Below, in pieces: positions 47,741-60,892 of a stretch of DNA of 64,000 bases; the first letter of the stretch is position 1, and each line of letters begins with the position of its first letter. The notes under the pieces are model-generated. The model ran no database searches. It was not told the origin of the DNA and worked only from the letters and a program-made list of their open reading frames with translations. The translations under genes and the position numbers were made by a program. The stretch is from Eutreptiella sp. 'Long Island Sound 2002' (taxonomy: Eukaryota > Protista > Euglenida): the NCBI GenBank assembly GCA_964036045.1, contig OZ038378.1:174220001-174284000 (forward strand), in the 5' to 3' direction.

Positions 47741-49399
47741 CGCCCGAATAACATTCGGTGCGTGGTCGAAGCCCCCTTTTTTTCGGAATTAGGGAGCGAA
47801 TTCGGATGGCGTGTTGGCGCTGATCTGGCGTGACTCTGAAGAATTGTAGATTCGGGCTGCCTGCAGGCCTGTGCCCTACATGTGGGGTCACGCATGACCA
47901 CCCGCCCTGTCGTGAACAACCCTCGATATTGGCTTTGCTGAGGTTCAGAAAAGCTCCCGAGGTGACTGGTATGAGCAGTGGTTGAAAGTAGCAATTGTTA
48001 TCATGCCAATGAATATTGCCCAAACTAGTGATTGGCAACACCAGTGCAAGCCCCCATCCGATGGTACAACTTGGTGAATGTCGTCGATCCTGACTCTGTA
48101 CTCTGCTTGTGAATGCGAGGGACAGACGGGGTCATGGAAGCGCGCCCTGACGAAAGCACCCCCAAGTTCCAGGGTCCCAGAAATTGCGGAAACAACACCA
48201 AGTGTTGCTTGGACAAGGCGTTGTTTCTGCAGGAGTGGGGGGGGGGGGGGGGCAAGAATGCGCTTGTTGGGTGGGAGGGAACAGCCAGTGCCTGGACCAG
48301 CCTGCCTCATAAAACCTCCCACAGAGGCACTGCACAGGCGCCAGGATTACCAGGTTACCTGCGTCTTGCCCCAAGGAAAAACAGAGTAGGATGCAACCGC
48401 GTGGCATGTGGGCTTCGCGGATGAGGATGGGGCTGAGCTTGTAGACTGCACAACTGGTAGCCTTGGCACGCTGCAGACTACCCCCCCCCTTACGCATGCC
48501 TTTACCTATGACTTCCCTGTGCACCCTACAGCTGCCTTGCAGCTGCCACCTCGTCGCCGTCGTTACCGGCCAACCGCCGTCGGTTTCCTTTGCAGGATTG
48601 TGGAGAGCAAACGGCATGGGCATGGGCATGGGCATGGGTGTTGACTGACATCAAAGCTCTGCTGCAGGACTCCCGCCCATCCGTAAGAGTTTCTTGCACA
48701 GCACAACACTGCGCATACACAAAGTGTTGCAGCCAGTTTCGTGCCACACTGTTGCTGAGACCGGACCATTCAGACGCCTGACCCCAGCCCCCTTTGCGCC
48801 TCTTAGGCAAGTAGCGGGAAGCCGTTTGTGGCCATGCCGGCAATGCATGGTGTCTTGTATCCCATCAAGGATGTTGAGCGGCTTGGACCAACCACCAATC
48901 CAACCCTCAACCCAACCACCAGCCCAACGTGAAACGCTTTACAAAAACAACAACGAACGTCCTGTCCGTCAAACAGGACGGTCTCAGAGGGCAAAGGAAA
49001 AAGAAACACTGCTGGCGTCCCAGCCCGACGGTTGGAGAGGAACGGGGATAGCGGTTGGAGGGTCGCAGACGGCTGTTGGAGGGTAGCCGACGGCAGTTTG
49101 ACGGGAACTACAACGCCAGTAGCAATATGCACAGGCCTTCAACAGCCCGACCACCATCTCTGAAGTTGACTGAACTGAAGGCCGGCACACGGCAAAGTGC
49201 CATGCCGCATCATTGCGCTGACGCCTATTGGCGATTGGCTTGGTGGGCTATGCATTCGTTTGGTCGGGGTAGATCCTGAAGAACGAAAACCAAAAAAACT
49301 TGTGGGCGTACTTAAGGACCGCCGTAACACACGGTCATCCCCCGAGGCATTAAACCGTCGGAGAGCGCAAGCGGACCCGGCCCCTGTGCCTCCACCGCC

Positions 49400-50034
49400 T
49401 CAATCGCGGAGCTTCGCTGAGGCAGCACTGCCGGCCGCACTGTACCCGGCCGTCCAATTGGACTCGCTGTCCCGCGGGGTCTCCGCGTCGCCCCCGTACC
49501 CCCGCACCCCGCGGAACCGGAGCCCGTCGCGGGTCTCCGGGGCCGCCGCGATGGCGTCGCAGGCGGTGCCGCCGTCCGCGGGGCAGAGGCCGCCCGCCCC
49601 GACCGGCGCCCCGTCGCCCACGGGGCACTCGGGCACCGCATCGTCGACCGGACACTCGGGGAGGCCGAGGGGCTGCGCGACGCGTTTGTTGTAGAGGTGA
49701 TTGAGGGCGACGCTGACGAAGAAGTTCGGGGCCGCGAAGAACAGCATTTGGGCCCCGGGGGTCGCGAAGAGGCGGTAGCAGACGAGGGCCACGGGGGAGT
49801 GGAGGCAGGTGACCAGCAAAGTGTTCCGGAAGTCCTGCTGCAGTTTGCGGAGGACGGTCCCGAAGCCCCAGTTCCGAATGAACTCGACGACGGCGGTGTT
49901 GAGGGCGAAGAAGAGGGGCGTCAGCACGAGGCCCAGGAGCGTTTTGAGGGCCGCGTGCGGCCACGAGAGCTCTTTGGGGATGGAGGTGTTGATGGTGGTC
50001 AGGAACCCGAGATTGAGGACGCCGGTGACGACGC
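49400..50034 (-). CDS. Last exon of an Mpv17/PMP22-family membrane protein
   Basis: AALKTLLGLVLTPLFFAL..LRKLQQDFRNTLLV..PVALVCYRLF..QMLFFAAPNFFVSVALNHLYNK follows the Mpv17/PMP22 TM2-TM4 layout. Acceptor ttttgcgtctcttcag| (phase 1); TGA at 49402-49400; strong GC3 bias. Confidence 0.85.
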
Positions 50035-50276
50035 CTGAAGAGACGCAAAAGGGCCTCAATAGGTCAGGTGTGGACCCGCCACTTAGCTCCAGCCGCGCCT
50101 GCCGCCTGCCTCACGACCTTCATTGCCAACTCAGTTCCATGATTGTGCGTGTCACGCGGACAGTGCGATGCAGTTCTTGTCCCTTCCCTCCGCCCTGAAT
50201 GGGGTAAGAGTTGGGCTGCATCTACGGTTCTGGGCTTTGTCGCCTTTTTGGACTGAGTTCGGGGCGTAGTGTTAAA

Positions 50277-50327
50277 GGAACCCGAGATTGAGGACACCAG
50301 TGACGACGCCTGAAGAGACGCAAAAGG
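50277..50327 (-). repeat. 51-bp direct duplication of the Mpv17 acceptor and exon start (copy of 50002-50052)
   Basis: ggaacccgagattgaggac(g/a)cc(g/a)gtgacgacgcctgaagagacgcaaaagg occurs twice, 275 bp apart. Confidence 0.92.
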
Positions 50328-51489
50328 GGGGGGGGCAGGGGGGGGGGGGGCTCAAGGGCTTGCGTACCAAAAATGGCCCAAAGATTTCCTTCCTTTTACA
50401 CAATTTGATTTGCCCAGAGGAATCGTTTGTCAGACCCGGGGGGGGGGGGGGCAGGGCTGTGCCTAAAAGGGGCGTTGGGGGGGGGGGGGGGTCTGGAACC
50501 CAAAAATACCAAAAATGGCCCGACAAGATTTTCCCAACGGCAAGGCTTCACGGATTCCCCCGGATCCCGCCGCTCGGGCAACGCGATGGGTACGCCGCTG
50601 GTTTCCGGTCCATCTCTTGAAAAGTGCTGCCCCCGAGGGGGACACACCCGCACCCCCTGCGCCCCGGTCATGAAGTGCTCGGAGGGCGACCCCCAGCCCA
50701 TCGATGGCATCGGCAAGAGGGCACAGGGCACCCTCGACGGAGTGGCCGGTGAGGCCCGCACCGCACTGCTCGGCACGACCCCAAACCCGCGAGTGTCAAA
50801 CGCGCCCTGGCCTCGGGGTGCGCGACCGGCCCCGAATGTTTTTTCGGCATGACACAATCGCGATCTGGTCGTCGTTGTCTGCGTGTCGCAGGCGCGACCA
50901 GACAATGGCACGGGAGGGCGCCGAAGGCCCCCTTCACAAAAAGGGCCCGATATCGCCGTGTACCAGTGCACATGGGAACGTCTGTCGCCAGTCTGTGGCT
51001 GTGGACACTGCCTGCGACAAGTGGACGCGATGTGCTCATTGTGGGCACCGCCTGCACGCCGCAGACGAGAGGTTTGTTTTCAGTTGTGAGGCGGGGGGGT
51101 GGGGCCTCGGGGGGGGGGGGGGGGGGCTCTTCGTACGTACAACGTGACCGATGGACGTTGGCGCCGATCGACAGTTGACCAACGGCGGTAGAACGAGGGT
51201 TGGCCCGTAATCGCGTGCGGTCACGGCGGTATCACAGCCGACCGCCGGCCAAATAAGCAACACCCGTTCTGAGTCGAGGTCCTGGGGACAAGGACCCGAT
51301 GTCGTGAAGACCGGCGCCGAGGCCTCGGGGGACAATTTTCCAAAACAGAAGTTTGGCAGCGCGTCCGGGGGTTTGTGGGTCACGAAGGGCTGGGGGAAGG
51401 CAATCGCCGCCCCCTCATACCACCGAGGTCTGCGCGTGCCCGCGCATGATTATCAGAGTTCAAGCGGGTCATCAAAGAAGGGGAAATAC

Positions 51490-51610
51490 CTACAACGGCC
51501 ATGCGCCCTGTCCGGACGCTGTCCCATTTGCACCAGGCCACTGTGATGCAGCTTCGGTTGTCCACAACCTGCAACTGCTCATCCGGCCTCTCTTCCTCAA
51601 TTTTCAGTAC
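51490..51610 (-). CDS. Mpv17/PMP22-family exon (VLKIEEERP...WDSVRTGRMAVVG)
   Basis: Acceptor tgtgcag| and donor TAG|gtattt; phase 0-1. Contains the family D..RT.R....G motif. Confidence 0.8.
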
Positions 51611-51812
51611 CTGCACAAGACACAGTCCGAGACTTGACCGTCGACTTCCATCTGACTGCAAATGCCCCGGCCCACCAGAATGCGTTTTTTGTGGAATCGT
51701 GCGATCAGCACGTGAAATGTTACGATTTCGTCGAACTAAACCGCTCAATCCCTCACTTTGGCGGGGCCGCTCCGCCAATTTGTCGGGACCTTCAAAAGCA
51801 GAGGGTGCGCAC

Positions 51813-51938
51813 CTTGAGCTCCATCCACTGTGTGCATACGTCCACGACACTTGTGTACACAGCTGTGCCCCAGATCACGAACGAAGGGTGCCCAACGAGA
51901 TCCCGGACGGCCACCAACATATCCTCAGACGGTAGCGC
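51813..51938 (-). CDS. Mpv17/PMP22-family exon (ALPSEDMLVAVRDLVGHPSFVIWGTAVYTSVVDVCTQWMELK)
   Basis: Acceptor gaccag| and donor AAG|gtgcgc; 126 nt, phase 0-0, with an in-frame stop just upstream. HP...D...Q..E matches TM1 of the family. This exon is not in the supplied ORF track. Confidence 0.75.
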
Positions 51939-53381
51939 CTGGTCAACACGGGCTCATTGTGGAACTGGACACAACAGCAGCGGGAAACATAGTCGATATT
52001 GAGGAGAGGGTGGGGACGTAGTCCGTGTGGTTTCAGAGTTGTCCCAGAGTGGTAAGCATCGCTGATTCACAACTCTCAGTCGGGTGACTGAGCGGCCGGT
52101 ACGGGTTTCACGACGGCGGTTGGCGATTGATCGACGGCAGATGATGCTACCTGCTGGCACCAGGTGACTGACGGTGGTTGGCAGCATAGTCCGTGGGGCT
52201 GGATTGGTACTGATCCTTTTTTTGTGAAACATCCTGCGGGTGGGTGAGGCATTTCCAGGGAAACTGCAACCCCGCGTCCGTTGCTTCATGACTCTGAGGG
52301 GTTCGTGAAGGCTGTTGGGGGTCCATGAAGTACAGATGATGTCCAATGCTCTGCATTTTTGTGTGCCCTGCTGTTGGATCATTTGATGGAGGTCGTCTGT
52401 ATCGCTTGAGAGTGGGGGGGGGGGAGTCTTGGGGACTGATCTGTGGGAATGCTGATCACATTGCTCAACGCTGCGGCATACTGCCCCCATGGTGTCTCAT
52501 CTCTGCCGGCGCCAGCAGGCTTCACATGCAGTCACTCCAATGACCATGAGGTCGGACACTGTCCTCTGTCCTCCACAACTGATGCGGGCCGGAGGGTCCC
52601 ATATCACCAGGTGCCACCCATAAGTGGTGCACTGCGTTCCCAGGCACTTGCCCTTGGTGTTAGCAGCGTTGGACTATGGCCACTTGCAAGAGGGCCGAGG
52701 GGCATGCAGTGTGTCTTGTCTCATGCTCCCTGCACCCTGCACCTGGCTGGGCATAGCTCAGCGGTCTGCACTCAGGTTGAGGGTCTACGGACCCTGCAGC
52801 CCAGACGCAGAGCCATTGCTGGGCCGGGCATGGTGGAAGGGGGATGTGGCGGGTTTGTCTGGTTCTGTGACTGCCCCATGGGTGCATTCGATGCACCGGG
52901 CAGGTTTTCCTGTGCCCATTGCCTATCCCTGTTGCGCCTGCATTGGTCCTACCCTGGACTGCTGGGCTACTCTGGCAGCTATGAAGGTTCGGGGTTCAGC
53001 AGGCAGTATTGAGCACTGCACAATGGGTAGACATTCGAACGGGCGGTCCCTTGTGCTGAGGGATTGGGGACTGTGGTGTTTTTTTTTTGTTGAATGGTGG
53101 CCAGTGGGTGGTCGGTAAGGACTGGTTGCTAATCAGTTCAATTACGCAGCCTCGCACGAGGAGCAACTCCATGCTAATGTGCATATCCACCTCCACCCTG
53201 ACACCTTTCCCTGGCTTGGGGAAAAGGGGCAGGGCAGGGCGGGGCAGGGCAGCAGAAGATGGAGAGACAGATCCACATCAGAGTGGGGAAGCGCAGCCCC
53301 ACTCTTCAGAACTGCCCCCACGTGCGAGTGCCCTGCTGTATCAGTGTTGTACAATAATAAGTATGCCAAACTCATTCCTAC

Positions 53382-53563
53382 AGTAAATGATGTGCAAAAT
53401 GGGGAGCTCATCGAGATCCTTTGGCGGCCGGACAAAAGGGGCCGACTGATGAAGGAGGGAACAGGCCTTTGCAGACCAGGCCAAAAAGCTAGCCGCGAGG
53501 TGGGGATCATTCCTAACTTCAATATGGCAGGTGTCCTATCCTTGAGCGCCGATCCAGAAACTG
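53382..53563 (-). CDS. Candidate upstream Ser/Arg/Pro-rich (targeting-peptide-like) exon of the Mpv17 gene
   Basis: Acceptor ctctcacctatccaccccactag|cag and possible phase-0 donor ACT|gtagga. Composition resembles a transit peptide. An alternative later donor exists, and the antisense strand is also open. Confidence 0.25.
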
Positions 53564-56500
53564 CTAGTGGGGTGGATAGGTGAGAGTTGGACAGGTGTCC
53601 CTCTGAGAACGAGTGCTGCCACTGCCATCCTGGCGTCAACTCCCATGCTGGCATAGTCCAAGGGGGCCGTTTGCCATGAGGGCGAAGTAAGGGGCCAAAG
53701 GGGGGCTGGGGGGGCTGCGGGGCTTTGCACATAGGGCCCGACTGCCACTCTGTGTGTGCACCACTTCCGGGGTCAGGTCTGGGGATGGGGACTCGCAGAC
53801 ATGTATACATATTTTGGACATCAGTGGACTTGTGTGTGACGCCTCAGCTTCTGGGCAACCTGCCACATAGCATCACACATCTCTTGGTCACTCTTCAAGC
53901 GACCACCAAAGCCAGGAGGCCCAGAAAACCCCACACCAAAGGTCCCCACAGTGAGGAGAAATCAATACAGCCCCATAACCCCAGATTACAGGGTCCCCAT
54001 AGTGGCGAGAAATCAAGATTTTTTCGTATACTTTGGGGGGGGGGGGGGTCGGCAAAGTCTGAGGCCATGGGCCGTATTGATTCCTCGCCCTATAGGGCCC
54101 TTGTTTTGGGTTTTGGGGCCATATCAATTTCTCCCTTGTCTGGGGACCTCTTGGGTTGGGGTTGGTGGACCCCCGTAATGTACCAAAAAACGGCCCAGAA
54201 TATCCCAAAATAATCCCCGATTCTTACCAAAAAAAAACCCAAAACTTGCCAAACACCCCCCAACCCCCAATTCTTACAAAAAACCCCAAATTTTACAAAA
54301 AAAAGGACCTGACCAAACAAAAACGCATTCTTAGCAAAAAGACACCCCAGAACCAGGGGGGGCACCCCGTTTGAAAAGAGAGACAATAATGTGTTGAAGA
54401 ATTTTGGGGGCTCCGGAGGGGGGAGGGGGGGTCCGGCCTAGGGCCAGCAGGGGCCAAACAAATTCACCCAAACATACATCCCTTAAAATGATCAGTGCGC
54501 TGCGCTAATCATTTTGGCATGTTTGCCCCTCCAAGGGAGGGGGAGGGGGATGGTCAAGCAGCCAAAATGATGGGTTGGGTTGGGGTGAGGGCGGGTATCA
54601 AACTATTTTTTCATGTTTTTCATACATATTTGAAATATCCATAAAACTCTGAGCATTTTGAGTGTACACATATGGGCTGAAAAATTTTTTGTTCCCTGTC
54701 TTACAACAAAAAAATTGGGGCATCTGGAGTAGGGGGGGAGGGGGGTTGGGTGTAGGCAAATCCCGGCCCGGATGCGGTCCCGTTTGTACGGGCGAATCCC
54801 AGGCAAATCCTGATAGCAAGCTGGCAATATGTTTGGTTCAATGGCCTCCTTGGCTTGCCCCCATGTATGCCCCCCCAAATGCTGTACTTACCCAACAATA
54901 TAACCTCATGTATTACCCCCCAAATGGTAGCTCTAGCAGGGAATATTCCAAGATGAGTGGCTCCCAATCCTGAGCATGCCATGCTAACGTGTCTAGGTAC
55001 ATGTGGTGCCCCCCTTGCCCAAAACCACCCAATGGTGATGCCAATGCTACTGCCAACCATCAAGGTGGTGCAACCAATGTTGCCCCAATTGAATGCAAAT
55101 TGAAAGATTTGGGTTGTGGGCAATACACCCATTCACTAGAATGGGCACAAGAATGGGTGCAGTGGACGGGGGGCGGCAGCTGGGGACCCCCCCCCCCCAG
55201 GGGGGTGATTTTGTTTAAAAAAAAAACCCCGCATATGTGTGTTCAAAATGACCAGTGCGACACGGGATCATTTTGAGGTCTGCATGTTGGGGTACCCAGG
55301 ACCCCTGCCCTCCAAAATGTTTAGGGGGTGTCAACGTCGATTCGACCAGGGGGCTGCACCTGGGCGCCCCACATTAGGGGGGCTGGATGGGGGAGGTTAG
55401 GGGTCAGAAAAATTTTTCATGTTTTGCATACATAGTTGGAATTCCCATCAATTTCCAAGCATTTCGAGTATGCACACTTCAGGTGAAAACGACATTTTAC
55501 CCCCCACCATATCCTAAAACAATTTCTGGCGCCTTTGGCGCCAAATGTGGTCGGAACCTTCTAAACATTTTCAGCATCTTGAGGGCGGGAGCGGGGGGGT
55601 CAACACCAAGGGCTGCAGCTGGGCGCCTTCGGTGGGTGAATTGCTTGCAAGTTCCAACGCTGACCTGCAAAAATTTGGGCATTTGTCAGGCCATGTAGGC
55701 TACCTCTTGCAACCAGTTTATAAACCAAAGGATCAGGAGCCTGCAACCAAGCAGCCCAGAATGAAAGTCTCACCAAGGTCAGCCATTGCTAAGCCTGCCC
55801 GGGCATGCTCCTCACAGGCGCTGCTAATCCTGCTTCAGCATGCTTCTCACAGATTTCACATCAGATCTCATTTTTGGTTGGTAGATCTGTCCCCATGGGG
55901 GCCTTGTGTGAACCACAGGGATGAAGAACCATGGCAACGGTAGAATTTGATGTGCAACACCAAACAGAGGAAGGCCAAACAGTGGCCTGGCTTTCTATCC
56001 CCAGATCTGAACTGGCATTTGCGTAGCCTCAAATAACATTGTTGTTGCATATTTGAAGCTTTGTACACACCTACAACCAATTTGGTGAATGCATTTTGGG
56101 AAAGCTGGCAGATAAATGCAAATATTGACATTTTTGAATACCCCTCTTTATTGTGCATCAGTCAATTTCATTGAGTGTGTTTTGTGGGTGTCTGCTGTGG
56201 GCTGCAACCCAACAGTCAACCCATCCCATCATCCTGTACATGTGTCTGCCATGGCAATTTCCGCAGAAACCGTGAAAAAGGAATTGCCAATCAGAAAATA
56301 TGTTTTACCACTTGAACGTCCACGCACAAGCAGCTGGTGTCCGAAAATGAACTGTAACACAACAACACATGGTGATTTTCAGTGTCATGTCAAACCACAT
56401 TGCACAACAGCAGCCATGATAGAGCGTAATATTTTGTTTTTCCCCGCCATTTCTTTTTATCTGTCTAAAATTCAAACAAATGCACAATCTACATATCACC

Positions 56501-57506
56501 GGCTGTTGTAATGAAAAAGTACATAGTACCAGTACATAGTACATGGCGACATAGTACTAATGTGTAGTTTGGTGGCTGTCATCTTGTTGGCAACTGAACA
56601 GTGGCTGCTTTGCTGTGTGCCAGTCTGGGCATCGCGTGCATGCAGAAAGCAAGGAAAGGTATGGGTGGTGGAGAGAAAAGAAGAATAGTACCCACACACA
56701 CTCAGGACAGAGCACTACTGGATACCAGAAAAGGAAAAGACGGACATACAGGGGGAAATAAGCTACGTCATGGTCGAACAGCACAGGGCGTACAAGAAAC
56801 TAATCAACAGGGCGACCAATCACTGAAGCATTCTACACAGCATTTCTCCACCACATGTTTCTACAGATCAACCAGAAACAACAATTCGAGCCAATCATCC
56901 CACTAGAGTGACAACAACTCTCCGCGCAACACCTGTGCCAAAAATAAATCTGTCATCTGTATGCTACCGTTGCATGTACACCGGGCACAATAATAGCCAT
57001 CCAAACCGTACGGCATCAATATGAACCAAATCAGGGCAACTGATTATGTAGGTTCGTGGTGTTGTCGGATTGTGTCAGTGTTTTGTGCAATGCATCCGAT
57101 GGCATGCAAGTCGTGCAGGGTGCCGATCATGTGTGACATGATGCAGGGCCACGTGCCGCCGTAAACTACCCTAAACAACTCGGGTAAGCGGCGGCCTCCT
57201 GACTTGTGCAGAGATGGAGGACCGCGAGTCAGACTGGCCTTGGGGTGGTGGGTAGCACTGCAACACAGACCGAACCAGGGGGTCGCGGTCGCGGCTTCAC
57301 AGCTATCCGACACTGCGCGCCTCGTCATGCAAACAATCCAACCCACAGGAATTGGCCCATTATGGGTAAGACGCCAAATCAACCGTCGATTTCCATCGAG
57401 GGTGCAACACTCCAGATTTTAGCTGAGCTTGACAGGTCACAAAAAACCCACAACATGAAATCGTAAACGTGCTCCTCGTCGTATTTGATACAACCGGGCG
57501 GACATG

Positions 57507-57898
57507 CGGCATGGGAAGAGAGTGAATCAATTGCTGGATAGCCAAACGCGACGTACGTCATCTGTAAATTGCAGGGCACTCTACCAAATGTCGATGAACC
57601 ACCCATATTCAGGCATCTTGGCAAATTGATTAGCATATGCAACAGCAACAATGTACGATGGAGAAAGGCCGTGGGGCAAAACGCATGACAACCCAGATCA
57701 CTGTGTGCCACTCAGATTTTAGACATTCGTCATGGCTTTGGTGGCCACAGCTCCACTTGAGCACAGGCGGGAGTGTGCTGGGGTGAAGAGTGCAGGAGTG
57801 CCCTCCCCCTCCATCCCGATCTGAATTCGGCGCCGCAGGTGTGGCGAAGCGCTGTTTGATGCAATCTCGCAAACTGTAGGCAATCCTGCACAAACCTA
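57507..57898 (+). repeat. ~390-bp near-identical copy of 61000-61380
   Basis: By eye it matches base for base over ~350 bp, plus a short indel near the right end; offset 3493 bp. Confidence 0.95.
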
Positions 57899-60469
57899 GA
57901 TGTATGCACCTGGAAACATCGGAATCTCTCAACTTTGCGCCCGACGAGTGCGAAGCTTTGGGGGTCTTGTCGCAAATTGGACCAAAAATCCAACAGAATT
58001 TGTCGCTTGAGGATGGGGGGGGGGTCACATACGCTCTTGAGAGGCAGGGGGGGTGATTTAACGGGATGGTGTTGAAGGTATCCAGGTATCCAAACAGGAA
58101 TACGGTACCAAGCCTTTGGTTGAGTGCAACGCAAAGCCCTTCGATATTACTGCTCAGCGTCCATTCCTACCCGACGCTTCAACTTCGGCAACTCGTACAA
58201 TCCAATTGTATACTCTACCACGGTCTCTACTCCCCTGAGTGTATGGCATGCTAGTCTAGCGAATTGGCCGCATGCTACCAGTTTTATTTCCTTCTTTTTG
58301 CAGCAGATAATGCGACAGCCAGCGCCGCTACTACCAACAGCACCGTGCCTCCGACTTTCAGCCATGGAACCTGCAGAAGACGAGGTGAGAAGGCTGCACA
58401 ACAATGCGTTGCGAAAAGCATCAAGAAACAGGCCACATGGGTGATTGGTTTGGGATGAATCGGGGGGACAGCGGTGTTTCATCGAGAGCTTGCCGATTGC
58501 TTCTGGTGCGCAGCTGATTCCAATAAGTATCTTTGGAGGACATGCACGATGCAGCTTGCGTGTCTGGCTGGTTGTGGAGTGCATGTCGTGCGTGTCATTG
58601 TGTGTTATGTCACCTGCGGGTTTAGTGGGCAGCCATGTTCAAAGGCGTTGCTGAGGGTATTTTCGAGCATCATAGTGCAAACAACTCTATCAAAATGGGC
58701 CGACAGATGGACGAGCTCTTGCCTGGCCGGCTTCCGCTCAGAGGCCAACTGGATGGCAAACTCATGTGTTCATCGTCATCATCTCTTGAGCGTTCACTGA
58801 AGCGTGAGATTTGCCTTGAGCAAAGATACCCCCTGCGCGCTGCCAGACCGAATGCCATTGTGACGGAGGGCCTTGGGGGGGGGAAGCAACCAACAGCCCT
58901 TGAGAGAATGTTGTTGGCAGGTGATAAGAGGCAGCGTCATGCTATTCAACGACACCCCTTCCTCTCTTTCGTGGCCAGCTGCGCATCCCGATGCTTCGAG
59001 TTGCCTGCCCCTGAACAGATCACCTTGGCAGCCATCGGTGCCGTGCCTGTTGGTTTTTGGGTGCTGCTCGTTCTTCATTGAGGTGAAGCAAAAAGGCAAA
59101 GTGTCATTTGGTCGGACAGACAGGCGGGCAGACAGACAGACAGACGTTGTGAAAGGACGGACGAACAGTACCCACGCATGGGGTGCTTGCACGACTCGCT
59201 GGCGCACGACTCCCGGAGGTGCAGCCAACCAAAGCTGCAGCACCAAAACCGGCGTCATCGCGGAGGTGGGGAGCCGAATCAAAAAAACAAATCCCCATCA
59301 ATTGCGTGCCAATCCCCGGAAACACGGCTTTGAATTACGTATCATTTCTGACAATGCCTTTCACTTATGCAGTGGACGGCTGCCGATTCTGGATTATTGC
59401 TGTTAATTCCTGGTGGGTTTTGTATGGTTGCTGCCCATACCTGCAGGCTTTTGATGGTTGGGTGGAGAGCGCGATGGTGGCTGACAAATCCTTAAACTTG
59501 ATGCCATTAAATCTGTTCAAATCCTGAAACGGTAGCTATTAATGGCATCCAAATCTCTGCACGAAATAAATATTTGCAGTTTTTTTACGGCGAATTACCC
59601 CCGGTACCTTCACAATAATGACTGACTGAGTACCACCGCTGACACGCTGGCCGTGTTTCCAACCATGGGTGTCAAACAACGGGATCGATCCTACATCCTC
59701 TAGGTCGGGCTTTCAGGATGTTCGGGATTGTCGGCTTAATTCCTGGAGCCCTACCTAGGGCTCGATCCCGTGATCTTGGCTGTAGGACCCAGGCGCTTGA
59801 ACCACTCAACCAGCCGGGGCCTCCTGGCAGCCGTGGGCTAATCGACAGCGGTTGGCAGGGGCTAGGGCAATCTTTGAAGGCGGCGGAAAGAAAGGAAAGA
59901 AACGTCGTCCTTAACCCCGTGAACACTACACCAACGTGGTGTCTTTGGTCACCAACATCTGTTGCAATCGAAATGTAGCTTTCATTGTGGGTCCAAGATC
60001 TCAGAGGTTGGCACGGGGCTCGTGCTCCATGACGGACTGGGAAATGCAGGTTTGGGGTTCGGGGGACTTCTGTCACTCGGCATGGCGCACGAAACTACGA
60101 GCAGCGAGACCTGGCTCGGGCTTGTTTGGGCTTGTTGAGCAAGGCGCGCCTCGTAAACTGCAAACCGCAGCATCGTGTTAACAGAAGAGGCTGAGTGTGC
60201 TGGACACCCGGACATGCACACGCGCATGAAATAACCCAGGATACGCACGTCGTCACACATGCAACTGCAAGGTACCCTCTACGAGCAAGCAGATTGTCAA
60301 TGTGAGTGTGGCACATCCCTCGTTCCCCACTTATCGCTAAATTCCCCCACTTTCACGGCATCTTCTGTTGTGGTGTGCTCTCATGTGAACTACTGAAGGG
60401 CGTGGGGTATTTGCAGTAGGCTATGTTCGAGTATGGTATGGTAGTCCCAGTATGCAGCGCGCATGGAGT

Positions 60470-60640
60470 TCCCATTCCCATTTGCATCCTCCCAACACCC
60501 CATTCCACCCCCATCCCATCCCCACTCCATCCCCACTCCATCCCCACCCCATTCCCACCTCATCCCCATTCCACCCCCATTCCATCCCAAAGCATCCCCT
60601 CACATCCATCGCATCACACGTTACATCCCATTCCATCCCC
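60470..60640 (+). repeat. Degenerate (CCCAT/CCCCA)n low-complexity tract
   Basis: Read directly. Confidence 0.8.
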
Positions 60641-60892
60641 CAAAGCACCAAGACGAAAGACCCAGCCCTCGGTGATGGCTGCACGTCCACATTACAGACT
60701 ATCACCAGGTCGGGTCCATCATGCAGGGAGAGCAGAATCCTTAGCTCGATGCCTCGCCGCCAGACGCCTCAATACGTCGGAGAGTCTGCCTTGATAAGCG
60801 GGTGGCTGGGCTGGATACCCCAAGGCGGACCGAAGACTCCAGTATTCTCGTTGCACTCGAACTTGCTACCGCAGTCGGCTCTGCCTCGTTCA

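Noticed and set aside
49197-50198. Plus-strand and alternate-frame ORFs over the Mpv17 last exon
   Set aside because: These are shadows of a GC3-rich coding exon.
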